This document shows positions 26,153 through 40,081 of a DNA stretch of 64,000 bases, in pieces. The translations under genes and the position numbers were made by a program. This stretch comes from Octopus vulgaris (Eukaryota). Position 1 is the stretch's first letter. Each line of letters opens with the position of its first letter. The stretch lies in NCBI GenBank assembly GCA_951406725.2, contig OX597838.1:26288001-26352000 (forward strand), in the 5' to 3' direction. The notes beneath the pieces were generated by a model that was not told the origin of the DNA, searched no databases, and saw nothing but the letters and a program-made list of their open reading frames with translations.

Positions 26153-27316
26153 CTATATATAATAAAGTGTCCTTCTAATTTAATTAAATTCTATGTCTTT
26201 GCTCTACATTTTAAATTGATGTAATGAAATGATTGCATTGTTCAATTAAATGGAGTTGCATGAAACGATCGTACTGCATTACCTCTGGATATCCTTGTTG
26301 CTTATTTTAATTTTAATCACCTTAATTTGAAATTGTATGGATAATACCATACTAAATTCTTAGCAGTTCGGCGAAAGATTGAGTAACCAGGCTTTAAAAA
26401 ATAAGTAATTAATGGAGTACGAGGTGAGATTTGTTCGACCAAACCCTTCAACGCCAGCATGGCTGCGATCTAATAACTGAAACTAACCAAAGGATTAAAA
26501 TCTCCCCATCCCTATTGTCCCCTCCCTTAAGAATCACAAGATTCCATGAAAGGAGTTAAATATTAATGGGACGAAATCTCACCTAAATTTAAACGACTTC
26601 CACTTCGCTGCTTCAAAATAACTTCAGTAACCGACATCTTTCTTTATTTGCAAAATGGCTGACGCAGATTTATAATTATTATTCCAATTCCTGTAATGTC
26701 AATTGATTTTCTGTAAGCCGCCCCATCACCTCCACCACTACAACCACCAGCACAACCACCCATACTCCCCATATCTTGTCAAAAGCTGCCAGAAAAAAAA
26801 AAGACAGAGAGAGATAAAATGCAAACAAATCGCCGACTTCATTTCCACCGTCATCGCCATTATTCAACACTCGTATATTTCTGTATAGAACCAATCCGAC
26901 AGAGAATTTTAAAATTACTTGCAATTTCAGTTTGAAGTTATTTTTGTTTTTTGCTATTTTATTTCTCTAGATTCTCAAAACTGTTTTAAAAACAACAGAT
27001 CATTTTTGACGAGAGTTGGAAGAACACCAAATACTATTACAAATTGTCAATGATAAAGCCGGATGCAGTATGGAAGCATGTAATCACAGAAATTGATCTA
27101 GCAATACTTCTCTGTTAGAAGTTGTCAACGGTATTGCAGAAGGCAGTAGGGAAGCATCTAACGACACAAATTAGTCTAGCAACAGCTCCCCATGTTTAGT
27201 TATTGCACTAAAACAGCGATTCTTCAACCTCTCTCAATCGACATTATAATGATTAAGATGCTAAAAGTATCAAACCCCACCGCGCGCCATGATTTCTTAA
27301 AAGCTTTATTTATACA

Positions 27317-27826
27317 CTAGCAGCATAGCCCAGCGTTGCCCGGGTATGTAAGAGCCCCTAGCAGGCAACGACTAATCCCAATCTAGTCCTTTCCCTTTAA
27401 TTTCCTGCCAATTTGTGAAAGATATTGTCGAAAATATGTCATCTTGAATTTGAACGTGATTTCCCAAAATGGCATGATTTTATCGATTTTTTCTGATTGC
27501 AAGGAAAACTAACGTCAGAATTAAGTTTCTTAGGGTAACATTAAGCTTCACCATGAGTTTGGTGAAAATCGATTGCAAGTTGCGAAAACTACAACAGAAA
27601 ATGTGTTGCAAATAAAAAGCTTAGATTCTCGACCCCATGTCGAATTTATCGATTTTTTTCAGAACTGGGAGAACTTTTCAAAATTTTCGTTGCGTTAGTT
27701 TTGAATTATGACATTGGGCTATGTGTGTGTCAGGTTTCATCAGAATCGGTTGAAAGCCGTGGTCAGGGTGAGGGTACAACCTGACAGACACACAGACATA
27801 CAAACTGCCGTTTATATAGAGAGAGA
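27317..27826 (-). mobile_element. Non-autonomous Helitron
   Basis: Minus strand begins TC and ends with hairpin CCCGGGCAACGCTGGG..CTAG; inserted between A and T with no TSD; second copy at 52068-52449. Confidence 0.85.
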
Positions 27827-27936
27827 TAAAAAATGTATATCAGAATTATTTCAAAACAGAGTTGGTTGTATGCATTGTACTTTGCCAGAAAGAAATCACG
27901 TATATCGGTGCAGTGCATTAATGATATATTTTATAA

Positions 27937-28255
27937 ATGGACAGCGAGACTCACCAATGGAGAAGTTCTTAAGCAGATCAGGCCGAAAATGTCGCTAGAA
28001 GCTAGGATCACCAAGCATGGATTGGCATATTTCGGTCATATTATGCGGAGAAAATCCCTGGAGAAGGACATCATGCTCGGAATGGTCAGTGGCAAGAGAG
28101 GAAGAGCCCGACCAAGATCCCGCTGGCTTGACAACTTCAAGAGTGATACCGGAATGGACATAGCCAATCTGAAAAAAAGCGGCTCAGGATAGAACTGACT
28201 GGAGGACACTGATCCAACGAGTAACCGAGAGTCGACTTCGACTGAGCGGATAGCT
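27937..28255 (+). mobile_element. RTE-BovB-like LINE 3' end
   Basis: WTARLTNGEVLKQIRPKMSLEARITKHGLAYFGHIMRRKSLEKDIMLGMVSGKRGRARPRSRWLD parallels the BovB C-terminus; tail GAGAGTCGACTTCGACTGAGCGG. Confidence 0.9.
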
Positions 28256-28464
28256 AGATTATAGATTTGTAAATGTCCAAGCATCTTTTAAACACGTATT
28301 AAAACTTGCAATACATCTGTTGGTAATGAATGACGCACAGATATGCCATAGAATAGTGGTTGAAAAAAATATCTGCCATAAAGCAACACCTAGGAGATAC
28401 CTTCAATAATATTGTAATCCAAGATATACAGCGCAGGTGTCTACCAAAATTTGAAGAAAATATC

Positions 28465-28627
28465 AGGCGCAGGAGTGGCTGTGTGGTAAGTAGCTTGCTA
28501 ACCAACCACATGGTTCCGGGTTCAGTCCCACTGCGTTGCATCTTGGGCAAGTGTCTTCTGCTATAGCCTCGGGCCGACCAAAACCTTGTGAGTGGATTTG
28601 GTAGACGGAAACTGAAAGAAGCCTGTC

Positions 28628-28665
<38 letters not shown>

Positions 28666-28898
28666 CTATATATGTGTGTGTGAGTGTATATGTTTGTGTC
28701 TCTGTGTTTGTCCCTCTAGCATTGCTTGATAACCGATGCTGGTGCGTTTACGTCCCCGTCACTTAGCGGTTCGGCAAAAGAGCCCGATAGAATAAGTACT
28801 GGGCTTACAAAGAATAAGTCCCGGGGTCGATTTGCTCGACTAAAGGTGGTGCTCCAGCATGGCCGCAGTCAAATGACTGAAACAAGTAAAAGAGTAAA
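28465..28898 (+). mobile_element. SINE family 1, full length, well preserved
   Basis: AGGCGCAGGAGTGGCTGTGTGG ... CAGTCAAATGACTGAAACAAGTAAAAGAG. Confidence 0.95.
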
Positions 28899-29099
28899 AT
28901 AACTTGTTTGCAGAGTCGCACATTTAGATACAATCGTATGGTATCCGGGAAATAATAAATTTACTGCACACCGACGACATCTTGTGAAAAATGCTCACTA
29001 GAAAGTACAGGTATTCTGTTCCACTTTCTTGGGAGGAAATAAATATAACTGAAGAATCTAATTAAGAAACTTTGTTACCGAAAAACCACATCAACAAGG

Positions 29100-29775
29100 A
29101 AACAAGTACTTCATTCATAAATACATCAAAAATTAATACAATCAGGACCGAATACTTTAACCAACTTTAAGCAGTAACACATACACTACAGATTATGAAA
29201 TTTTACTAAATTTGTGGTAAAAAAAGAAAGGCTGCGAAATGGAAATGCCCCAGGAAGAGAAAATAAGAGAAAAGTTCTCGTAATCCTTGATTAAATCAAT
29301 ATGCCTTCATTAAAAAAAAAAAAATAGGAAGATAAATACAAGAGAAATATAAACATAACAAAAAGAGGAAGTAGTTGAAATGAAATAACACCTGAAACAA
29401 GATATCCTTGCTAACTCGTAGAGAATCGGTCGTTATGAAAAACAGCAACGATTCTTTGAACGAAAAAAAAAAAAAAAGTTCTTCGACTCCAATCGAAAAC
29501 GATTTTATCAAGAACCAGGTAAAAACAAAATAGAAATCAATGCAGTGCCAACAGCAAGAGAGAGATGTAGAAGAATTTTAAGGAGAGTGTAGGCGGTAAA
29601 GGGATTATGGCATACGAGAGTTTTGAAACCAACAAATGCAGCGCCCGAGTATTTGTAAGATACCATAGCAACTCAAGAATTAACCCAGATGTAACAAAAA
29701 AAATGAACACCTGGAACGCATCTGAATGAAGTATTTAACAACCACAAATGAATTGGTGGTAAATATTGAGCTGTC
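29100..29775 (+). mobile_element. Dong/R4-clade non-LTR retrotransposon remnant (pre-RT region)
   Basis: LKQDILANS*RIGRYEKQQRFFE..KFFDSNRKRFYQEPGKNKIEINAVPT..VEEF and NTWNAS match Dong/R4 LKQK..A.AQRIRRY....F..N..F..N.K.FY.EL..P....E.FW and NWKAPG. Confidence 0.75.
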
Positions 29776-29924
29776 AGGTATATTCGTTCGTTTCTTTCCA
29801 ATGTTATTTGAATTAACACGAAAAATGGTTTTCTTGTAACTCTGTTCTTCCTCCATAATGTTTGTTTATCGTTTCTGAACTTTGAATAAATTTTACTTCT
29901 TTTCCACACTTATGACGAGGGAGA

Positions 29925-30250
29925 ACCGAGCTGAAAAAAAAAAAAATGAACATTTTCAACACCTGCTTCTCTTCGCTTTCAATCTAGGTTCCAAAGCTGC
30001 CAAAGTCGTTCGTGACATTTGTGCTGTGTACAGAGAAGGCGCTCTTACTGAAAAAAAACAAACATTGCACAGAAATGGTTTTTGCACTTCTAGGAGGAAT
30101 TCGACCTCGCAGATACTCCGCATTCCGACCGACCCATTCAATTCAACGAGGATCGACTGAACGAGCTCAACGACAAGGATCCACGCCACAAGAGATGGCC
30201 TAACAGATGGGATACTCTCATGATACCATTTTAATCCCATCGAATGGGAT
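29925..30250 (+). mobile_element. Mariner transposase N-terminal remnant
   Basis: EHFQHLLLFAFNLGSKAAKVVRDICAVYREGALTE..QKWFLHF*EEFDLADTPHSDRPIQFNEDRL (mariner HTH region). Confidence 0.85.
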
Positions 30251-30687
30251 TAAGATAAGTGGAAGAAAGAACGAATGGATTTATTTACTATAAGTGCAAG
30301 GCCTGGAATTTGTTGGGGAAAAGGGCTACACGATTAAATCGACCCCAGTGTTTAACTGAACCTTATTTCATCGATCCCGGAAAGGGTGAAATTCAAAGAC
30401 AACCACGGTGAAATTTGAACTCAAAGTGTAAAGATGAACGAAATGAATTTTGTCCAGAAATGATTCTGTCTCAGCTAGCCGCTTAAATCCAATATATAAT
30501 GAGGTAGAAATAATCCCTGAGTGGTTCACTATGGAGGGAAAAAAACATCTTAATCCAAACAAACGAAAGAATTAGCAAACTCCTCCAAAATACTGATCTG
30601 TGACCTTAACTTACGAAGCCTTAACTGCCGAAATATGATAGAAACTAACAAAAAACATCCCACTTTCTGAAGAACAAAACGTATATT

Positions 30688-30918
30688 AACAATTGCAGCG
30701 TGAAAGATGTTTGTAAGCCATTTAAGAACACAGAAAAACCGTTAGTTTCACTTCAGCATTTAAATTTAATTTGCGTCAAAATACTTAAATGTTAACTTGA
30801 AGCTAACTGATTGTGTGTATTCTTAAATGGCTTACAAACATCTTCCACGCTGCAATTGTTTTTGTTTCAGCACATGATCTCAGATCAAGTCACTTGCTAT
30901 GCAAGTACATCTCCGTAA
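30688..30918. mobile_element. Fold-back of family D repeat
   Basis: AACAATTGCAGCGTGAAAGATGTTTGTAAGCCATTTAAGAA is inverted relative to TTCTTAAATGGCTTACAAACATCTTCCACGCTGCAATTGTT; right arm continues as in 43420-43518. Confidence 0.85.
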
Positions 30919-30999
30919 AACGTATATTCCTTTTCTTTCTGATGAGTTTGGAGAAAGGAGCAGTGTATTTGATTTTGTTGGCCCTCCGAGGTTGGGAAG

Positions 31000-31370
31000 T
31001 TTGATGTTGTCAAAGACTGCTTAATCTGTCGCAGGTAAACATCTACAGAGAAGACATGAAATGGGGAAAATATTCCAGAGGACCGATGTTCTAAAGAGGA
31101 AAGACTGGATATAGTAGCTACATAGAGAATCGAGGGTTCGTCACAATACGGAATGAGAGAGGTGGAGAGGCATGTTGATCGGAGATACACGTGGCGAAGA
31201 GCTAATTCTAAAAAACTCCCCCAAAAAAAGCAGAGACCATTATAGTAACAGAGAAAAGGCAAATAAAATAGCACGTCTGTTGAACCAGAGGTTGAGGTGT
31301 CTTCGTTAGTGATTTAATACCATTCACTCGAGTGACCCTCTATCTGGATGCCTAGTAACAACCCCTTCCC
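31000..31370 (-). mobile_element. CR1-group LINE ORF2 3' remnant
   Basis: Minus translation FLCYYNGLC..LRSTCLSTSLIPY.. and SYYIQSF..RTSVLWNIFP resembles FYRYYNG.CS.EL..RSTR....HPY..SFF.RTS.LWN.LP. Confidence 0.65.
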
Positions 31371-31637
31371 AGGACATCGCTTTAGCTTTGAAAAGTATCA
31401 ACAATTTTGTGGAGCTGAAATATCTTCTGGCTCTGGGTCGAAACGATCGTTGTGTTGAATAATGATTCTTGCTAACTTCATTTTCCGTTTCCCTCATTCA
31501 TTATAAACTCAACGAACGCTGCGAAATTCCTGGCGCACATACAGTGACAATTATATCATAACTGGGGATGATATCAGGTAGTCTAAACGGTGAAAGTGCT
31601 TTAATCGGCATACTACTAAACATATACCCTAAGTCCA

Positions 31638-31670
<33 letters not shown>

Positions 31671-31672
<2 letters not shown>

Positions 31673-31870
31673 GAGGCTTTGGGAAAAAGAAAATACAGGA
31701 GGATCAGTTAATTAGGATTTTATCCAACATATTTCCCCTCTGAAATCCACATACTTATTGCAGCAGTCCTTCAGCTTTTCTAAGCCCTGTAAAACATCTC
31801 GGAAGGTTGGACCTCCAATCAGACCTTTCGCGAGACCCTTAAAACTATGAAATTTTGAGCACCCCCTTCG
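31671..31870 (+). mobile_element. Mariner MITE copy (left TIR partly deleted)
   Basis: Homologous to 229-447. Confidence 0.75.
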
Positions 31871-31897
31871 TGTGTGCAGTTAGATAGATAGATAGAC

Positions 31898-31969
<72 letters not shown>

Positions 31970-33146
31970 TGATTTATTGATTAATATATAGATACAGTGT
32001 CGTTTACTTGTTTCAGTCACTGAACTGCCGTCATGCTGGAGCACTGTAAAATAGCAAAAGCCATTATATCATTCCCATGATACTCTCTGCCTTCCTGTAT
32101 TTGTTGTTGCTGCTGCTGCTGCTGCTGTTGTTGTTTCTGTTGTTGTTTAGGTGCTAAATCGGTCCCTGATACAGCTTAGATCAAATCAATCCCGTCGTTT
32201 TAAGATAATCTAGGATTACGATTAGCTAATGTGTCCCGTTTATCTTTTTTTTTATTATTATTATTTCTTTTATATTGACGATAGGATGTGGTTTAGGGGG
32301 TAGATCGTGCTGCTATTTCCAGCAGAACGGGTGACCTTGCTGCTAGTCTCGTTAACTTGGCCGTTCTTTCAAACAGCTGCCGCTTGCTCATCTGAGTCGA
32401 GAATCTGTGAGTATGTGTGTGTGTGTGTGTGTGCGTGTGTATTTGTGTGTGTATGAGTGAGTGTGTGTGTGCTTGTTTGTCTGGCTTGGCCAAAGCTACC
32501 CGACTTTTCATTCTCTTCTCTTTTCATCTTTCCTTCTCATCTTTCACTCTCTCTCTCACTCTCTTTCTCTCTCTCTCTCACTCTCTCTTTCTATCTATCT
32601 CTATCTCTTACCAAGGAGATCGTCTTACGTAAAAGATTACATATTTACACATACACATACACATATTCATATCAATATGTTCAGGTATATTTAGATACAC
32701 ACACACACACAGGCACACACACATTCATATACAGGTATCAACACAATCACACGAACACATATATATATATATATACATGCATACACACACACACACACAC
32801 AAGCACCACGCATACACACACACACACACATCCGCATACACTACATAAAAAATACCCTCAGGTTAAAATCCGATCACCTTGCTTTGTCCTTCAACTGTAA
32901 TTCATTAGCAGCATCTAGATGAATAACAACATTAGCAACAACAGCAATAATAATAATAACAACAATAATAATAATAACAACAATAATAATAATAACAATA
33001 ATAACAATAATAAAAATAATAATAATAATAATAGCAATAACAATAGCAAACAACAACAACAGTCACAACAAGAATAGCGATAATAACAACAGCAATAACA
33101 ATAACAACAGCAACAACCATAACAATAACAACAACAACAACAATAA

Positions 33147-33372
33147 CAACAAGAGCACTCAGAGAGTGCAAACCTCTACCGAGGCAACACCAACGTCCTC
33201 ACAACGATTAGCCAGAGATGAGTTTTAAAATGAGAATATCTGAAATAAACTCGACCACTCTCACAAACGAGAATACTAAAAATGAACCCGTCCGCTCTCA
33301 AGAATTAAGTTAAAAAATAAAAAAACAGGAAAAATAATCCAGAATCTTTGTCCGGTACCTGATCGATCCCAA
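33147..33372 (+). mobile_element. Probable Helentron-associated non-autonomous element end
   Basis: ACAAGAGCACTCAGAGAGTGC hairpin then CCTCTACCGAGGC, a terminal layout I recall from DINE/HINE-like elements. Confidence 0.45.
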
Positions 33373-34367
33373 TGGTAGTGATGGAATGTGAAGGTGGTTG
33401 TAGAAAATTTACTAACAGTAATAAATAGTTTATCCTTATCTGATATAAGCCAACGTTAACAAATTCACCATTCAATATAGTTACAGCCTAAAGGGAGATA
33501 ATTGAGAAAGACTTCAAAGTTAGCGTAAGATCGTAATCATATACTCTTTCTACTCTTTCACCACAACTTTCTCTCACTCTTTCTTCCTACTTCTGCCACA
33601 AAGCAGAGGAACCATGGTGTAACCCACTATGGTGTGGTAATCTTTCAGACACTAGTCTAGATTGTGAATCCTCTGTACCCCAGGATGGTTCAGCTCTCCA
33701 CCCGTTAAAAGCCACCGTTTACGGAATGAGGATAACAACGTAACTTTCGCGCCCATGCAACCGCCAGTCTATCGCGTGTGGTGGATGGATCTTCAAGTTG
33801 CCACACGCATTCTTAGTAGCTTAGAGTAGGCTCGAATTAGAGACTATTCTTTGTGGCTAATGGCGTGAGTCCTGATTGGAAGAAGAAGAAGAAGAAGAAG
33901 AGCAGCAAGAAACAATAGCTACAACGGCAACAACAATGACGATAACAACAGTAGTAGTAACAACAACAATAACTGCAACCAAAATCTTAGCAGCAACAAC
34001 AACAGTAATTTATTTCAGTCAAACAAAGCTCTAAATTAAAAAAAAAAAAAAAAAAAACAATTAGAAAGCAAAATGAAGCTAAATGTTATGATGTGGCATT
34101 CATGTATTTCCCGAGGACATAAACAACTCCCAACCACGGCGGGATTTGAACTCGGAATGTAAATTTACTTATTACGCCTTAATTTTTTAGAATTTAAATC
34201 TCGCCGAGGTCATCTTCGCATTTTAACTTTCCGGAAACGATAAAATAAAATACCAGTAAAATACTGGGTCGATACTATCGACTAATTTCTTCCTCACAAA
34301 TTTCTGTCTAAATTTGAAAGCGTTATCATCATCATCATCATCATCGTCATCATCATCATCATCATCA

Positions 34368-34477
<110 letters not shown>

Positions 34478-34579
34478 ATCATCATCATATGCTAGATGTG
34501 TTTCGCTTTAGCCCCTAAAAGATTAGTTCTTGGAAAAAATACATTGCTTTTTTCTTTCGAGTATTTCGTTAAATAAGGA

Positions 34580-35110
34580 CCCCTACTTACTGTCCAGAAA
34601 ACAGTGCTGTGTCGCTACGTCGACAAAAATCCGGCACCTAGAGGCAGCACCGCGCACTGAGGTGGAAATCACTATCGAGAAAATATGGGCAGATATAGAA
34701 TATATACCCAGAGCAAAGCAGTTCGACAGTGTGCAGGTCTTTTTGAAATGCAAAGACTCCACATTGCGGCACTCCACTATTCCCATCACGATAGGGAACT
34801 CGCAGTCACCCAATATATTTAGAAAGAAGGGCGTAAGGGTTCCACATCTGGTGGATCTTCGCTTGAGTTGTCCTAGAGGGCAGTGATACATTTCTTGACT
34901 AAAACGAACCAAGAAAGAATTTTTCTCTGGATCTACAATAGAGAACCAAAGCAAAAATCCTTTTATAAATCAAAGCAGGGTTGTAGTAAAGATCCCTGAC
35001 ATTACCCACTTGCTCCAGTATAGTGGATTAGGACGTTGCGGTAGAGGGCAGCAGGTCAAGGTGCATTTGTATAGTGCTAAAGAGCACTTAGGAGCCCTCT
35101 CTCCTCAATA
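34580..35110 (+). mobile_element. Probable LINE ORF1 (gag-like) remnant with decayed CCHC knuckle
   Basis: Non-repetitive ORF 34530-34886 (LEAAPRTEVEITIEKIWADIEYIPRAKQFDSVQV), then VAVEGSRSRCHLYSAKEHLGALSP at about 35035-35105, resembling VEGR.P.C..CG..GH....CP. Confidence 0.5.
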
Positions 35111-36493
35111 CAATACAGGGTATAAGATCCCCGCTCCATTGCTGTTGGCACAGTAGCCCCAATAACAACAGCATGGATAGCAGTAACAGTAGCAGCTGCA
35201 ATTGCAGCTGCAGCTATGACAACAACAGCACCAGTACCATCATCAGCAAGACCAGCAACAGCAGCAACGTCAATAACAAGACCAAAACCCACCATCCAAG
35301 AAAACTTCCAACCCAACTCCCTCTCCCCCTTACTCTCCCCATCTTTCTTACTCTCCCTCTCTCTATTACTCAGTCTATCTTTCCCCCTCCCTCATTCTTC
35401 CTTTCTGCTCCGCTTTCGAACATAAACATAAACACATACGAAAACACCCGATCCCCAACCTCACCTGCACTGGGTCCATTACAAGCTGGAAACCTTTCTT
35501 GCGAGGTGGAGGAACAATTTAAGAAAACCAAACAGGAAAATAATTTTTTTTTAAATGTTACACGCCCTCTAAGCAAACACAATTACGCTGCATCACCAAG
35601 ACCACACCCACACCAAACACAAATGTTCACTCCCCTCCATCACCATCAATCGCCCACGCCCACCTCAACAAAAAGAAAACACACAGGTGCAACACAAATT
35701 AACTGAAGCATTCGCCCGGAGAAAATACCGCTTGCGGTCGTACTGTGTTAAAGAAGAAAAGATACATCAGTAGCAGACAAAAATCGTCCAACAGCAGTGG
35801 TATGAATGATAGATCTGCATTTTTGCCTCTTTTGGGCTTCGTCTGCAACATGTAACCGCTGTCAGCCGCGTGCAAAACAAAATCCGTTGCCACTAATATA
35901 GGAAACCAATGATTGAAAAATCACTGATATTGCGTTTAGCCGGCACGCTGAATTAAAATTCGCTATGTGCAACAGAAGCAATATTAAGTTACAATAGCCA
36001 TCTGTGTATCATACTTAATGCAAATACATCATGGAAGACAAAATTAACAGCGATATTCGTCCGGAGATAATTTATCTGCATATACATGTATGTAAACGTG
36101 TATCACAGTAATTATTTACACATATTTTGATACCTCTCCTCTCTTTGTCTGCGACTGCATGTGAGGCTTTATAATACATCGTCCCTATCTACCTTTTCCT
36201 CCTCGCTGTATTCAACCTCGTCATATTCACTGTATCACATTTTTGTGGTTATTTGATAGCTTTTTAATCTTCCTTGCAGTATTTAACTCTGCCATAATAA
36301 TTGCACCCTTTTTTGCGGTTGCTTGATCTCTTCTACTATAACCCCGAGTTGAGTGATGCCTTGCGAATGGATTCATTTGACAGAAACTGAAAAAAACCAG
36401 TCGTATATATGTGTGTGTATGTTTGTGTGTGTATGTGTGTGTGTGAGTTAGTGTGACATCCCTTGATATATGTATATATATATAACTATTTAA

Positions 36494-36843
36494 CTTAATT
36501 TAACTCGTCCTTAGTCGAAAGACACCTGTTGTTATGTCCTGTTATTATTTTTATTGTATTGTGTAACATTGTTCGTTTTTCTCCGTCGCTGTTTTTGTAT
36601 ACATTCGCTGCTTTCTTCCAAGGAATCTAATGCTCTTAGCTTAGTTTTTCCTTGGGGCTGGCCAGATTGGAGCAATCTCGGGTATAATCAGCCGAAATTG
36701 CGAAGATAAACTGGTACTTGACTGAGGAAAGAAAACTTCGAATGACCCGTCCTTGTTTTCTTTGTATCGTCTATCTGAATGTTTTGTTGTCCCATTTTTG
36801 TATCACCTAACTGTCCAGATGTTTTGCGTTCTTGTCCCATTTT
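36494..36843. repeat. Second copy of the 22168 dispersed repeat, within (TA)n
   Basis: Direct sequence similarity. Confidence 0.85.
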
Positions 36844-37572
36844 ATATATATGTCTCTCCAACAATAATAACTCTTTACTAGAGTAGGCCATGGTGGCCCA
36901 TATGACTACAAGACTTCGAAAGGTGGTGCTATTAAGTTAGACATGGCCTGGACCTATACTGGCCGAAACCTATCAAAGTTATATATATGTATATACATAC
37001 GTGTGTGTGTATATACATATATGCATGCAAATGTGTGTGTGAATATGTAGTTACGCACACACACATATACGTACATTGTTAGATAGACAAGCAGCCAGAC
37101 ACGTCTTGTGTATAACTGAATGTTTATGGTGTGTTTCATTGAAATAACTGTTAGAGGAATAAACACCCGTAGCCACCCCGGGTGGATTTTGACAAATCCT
37201 TAAATGAATGGAACGGATATTCAATATTTGATATACAGGAACTAGGTTATAGATCAAAAGCCTTGAAACCTGCCTTCAAGGGCTACGATACATGGGTTTG
37301 TGTGTGTGTGTGCTCGCGCATGCGTGTGAGTGTGTATATATACATATATATATATACGTATATATACATATATATATATATGTATATGTATATATAAACA
37401 TACATATATATATGCGTGTGTGTGCATATATATATATATATACATATGTGTGTATGTGTGTGTGCTTCTGAGTGTGAGTGTGTGTGTGTATGTGTAAATA
37501 TATGTATATATAAATGTAAACATATATATATGTATGCTTTTGTATCTATATACAAATATATAATATATATAC

Positions 37573-37609
<37 letters not shown>

Positions 37610-37659
37610 TACATCTTTAAACACACACAAATATATATATATGCGTATATATATATGTT

Positions 37660-37704
<45 letters not shown>

Positions 37705-37732
37705 ACACACATATATATATGCGTATATATAC

Positions 37733-37772
<40 letters not shown>

Positions 37773-38280
37773 ACGCATGTATGTATATGCATATATATAT
37801 ATATATATAAATAAATATATACGTGTGTGTGTGTGTGTGTGTGAATGGATAGAAGGAGGCATGGATGGATAGGCTAGTGGACGGGATGGAGGCGTATGAG
37901 TGCGTCTATATGTGTACAGAGAATATTTATGGCGCGTGTATGATTGATGGGTTTTCGCGTGCTGGTTGCGTATACCTGTTTTGTGTTGTATGCCTACGTA
38001 CTCGTGTGTGTGTGTGTGTGTGTGTGTGTATGCGCGTGCGTGCGTGTATGTTAGTGTGTATGTGTGTGTGAGTGTGTGTGGAAGCTCATACAAGTGCACA
38101 CACGTGTGCGTTTGTACGTCATAGCTGACATATTGCCAATAGGTAAGCTGGATTTCTAGAGCTAAGTATAGTGATTGCTAACCGATACTGAAGACAGAGG
38201 AATGTACCCGGTACACTAACACACACTCACATACCCGCACCACGAACATCTTATTTATATTCTTGCAGAGGCGCACTTGG

Positions 38281-38323
<43 letters not shown>

Positions 38324-38534
38324 CACACACACACACAATTGCATACATCCATACCTAGATAAGTCTGCGCGCGCATGTGAGAATAGATACGTCACACATA
38401 TGCATTCATATTTATGGCCTCACACACATGTATATATATATGTGTATGTATATATATGTACATATATATGTATATACACATATATATAAATAATTATATG
38501 TATATATATATATACATATATATATACATACATA

Positions 38535-38572
<38 letters not shown>

Positions 38573-38582
38573 CATATATACG

Positions 38583-38627
<45 letters not shown>

Positions 38628-38764
38628 ATGTATATATGTTTGTATGTATGTATGCACAGGTATATGTACATGTGTGTGTATGAATGCATGCACATATATT
38701 TGCCTGTGTGTGTTGAAATCAGCATAAATATATACACATAAATATTTACACATATATATTAATG

Positions 38765-38835
<71 letters not shown>

Positions 38836-39032
38836 CATATTCCTGTATCTATATACATATGTATAGATACATACATACATACATACATACCTATGTATAT
38901 GAATGTATATCGCTGGGTAGTAAATATGTGTGTATATATGTGTGTGTATGTATAATGAGCATAGCTATAGATTTAGGTGTGCGATCTCATTAAATATAAC
39001 ATAAAAGGCTATATAAATATATACGCACATAT

Positions 39033-39108
<76 letters not shown>

Positions 39109-39528
39109 CTGTGTATCAACATATTTCTCCTTCACATATATTATCGAATATACATACATTTCCATGTAGACACACCTCTCACCCAGAACGTATCTTGAGC
39201 TGTTTTTCTTCACGGTGTATATAAGTCACCTAAATATTTGTTTAATCTCTGATCTGGAAACGTTTCGTGTTATCTTACATTCTGAGTTCAAATCCCGACG
39301 TTGTATATTTTGCGATTCACCCTTTCGGGGTCAGCAAAAATTTATAACAACTTTAGTTTTGTGCCCAGATTAGATTAGCAATCGGTATATCATAGATAGA
39401 AGCTCGTTTTACAACCACATGGTATCGGGTTCAGTCCCACTGCACAGTACCTTGGGCAAATGTCTTTTATAACCTTGGGCCGACCGATGCTTTGTGAATG
39501 CTTTTCGTGGACAGAAACTGTGTGGAAA

Positions 39529-39760
39529 AGGCGCCGAGCTGGCAGAAACGTTAGCGCGCCGGGCGAAATGCTTAGCGGTATTTCGTCTGCCGGTACGTTC
39601 TGAGTTCAAATTCCGCCGAGGTCGACTTTGCCTTTCGTCCTTTCGGAGTCGATAAATTTAGTACCAGTTACGCACTAGGGTCGATATAATCGACTTAATA
39701 CCTTTGTTTGTCCTTGTTTGTCCTCTCTATGTTTTGCCCCTTGTGGGCAATAAAGAAATA
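39529..39760 (+). mobile_element. SINE family 2 nested in a family 1 SINE
   Basis: Host head at 39400-39527 resumes with GAACTGTGTGGAAA at about 39764. Confidence 0.8.
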
Positions 39761-39863
39761 AAAGAACTGTGTGGAAACACGCTGTATATCTATATCTATC
39801 TATTTATGTGTGTGTGTGTATTATGTATGTATGTATGTATGTATGTATGTATATACACACACA

Positions 39864-40081
39864 TAAGAGGGGCTGAAAAGTTTCTGACTTTAAGGGTGTC
39901 GCGAAAGGCCTGGTTGGAGGCCCAAGCTTCAGATTTCTTCTACGGGGCTTACAAAACCCGAAGGACCACTGCAATAAGTGTATGACTCTGAGATGAAAAT
40001 ATGTTGAATAAAACCATAATTAACTGATCCACCTGTATTTTCATTTACCCGTAGCCAGGAACTTTCCAGCCCTCCCACGTA
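39864..40081 (-). mobile_element. Mariner MITE copy
   Basis: GAGGGGCTGAAAAGTTTCTGAC / GCCAGGAACTTTCCAGCCCTCCCACG TIRs with TA flanks. Confidence 0.8.

Noticed and set aside
27937-28255. Horizontal transfer of BovB
   Set aside because: Only protein-level family resemblance is visible; RTE elements are widespread and identity cannot be measured here
35699-35893. Unique-sequence 64-aa ORF
   Set aside because: No recognisable motif or convincing splice sites in any frame
36868-36980. GGCCA..TGGCC GAAAC hammerhead-like half
   Set aside because: No recognisable CUGANGA core
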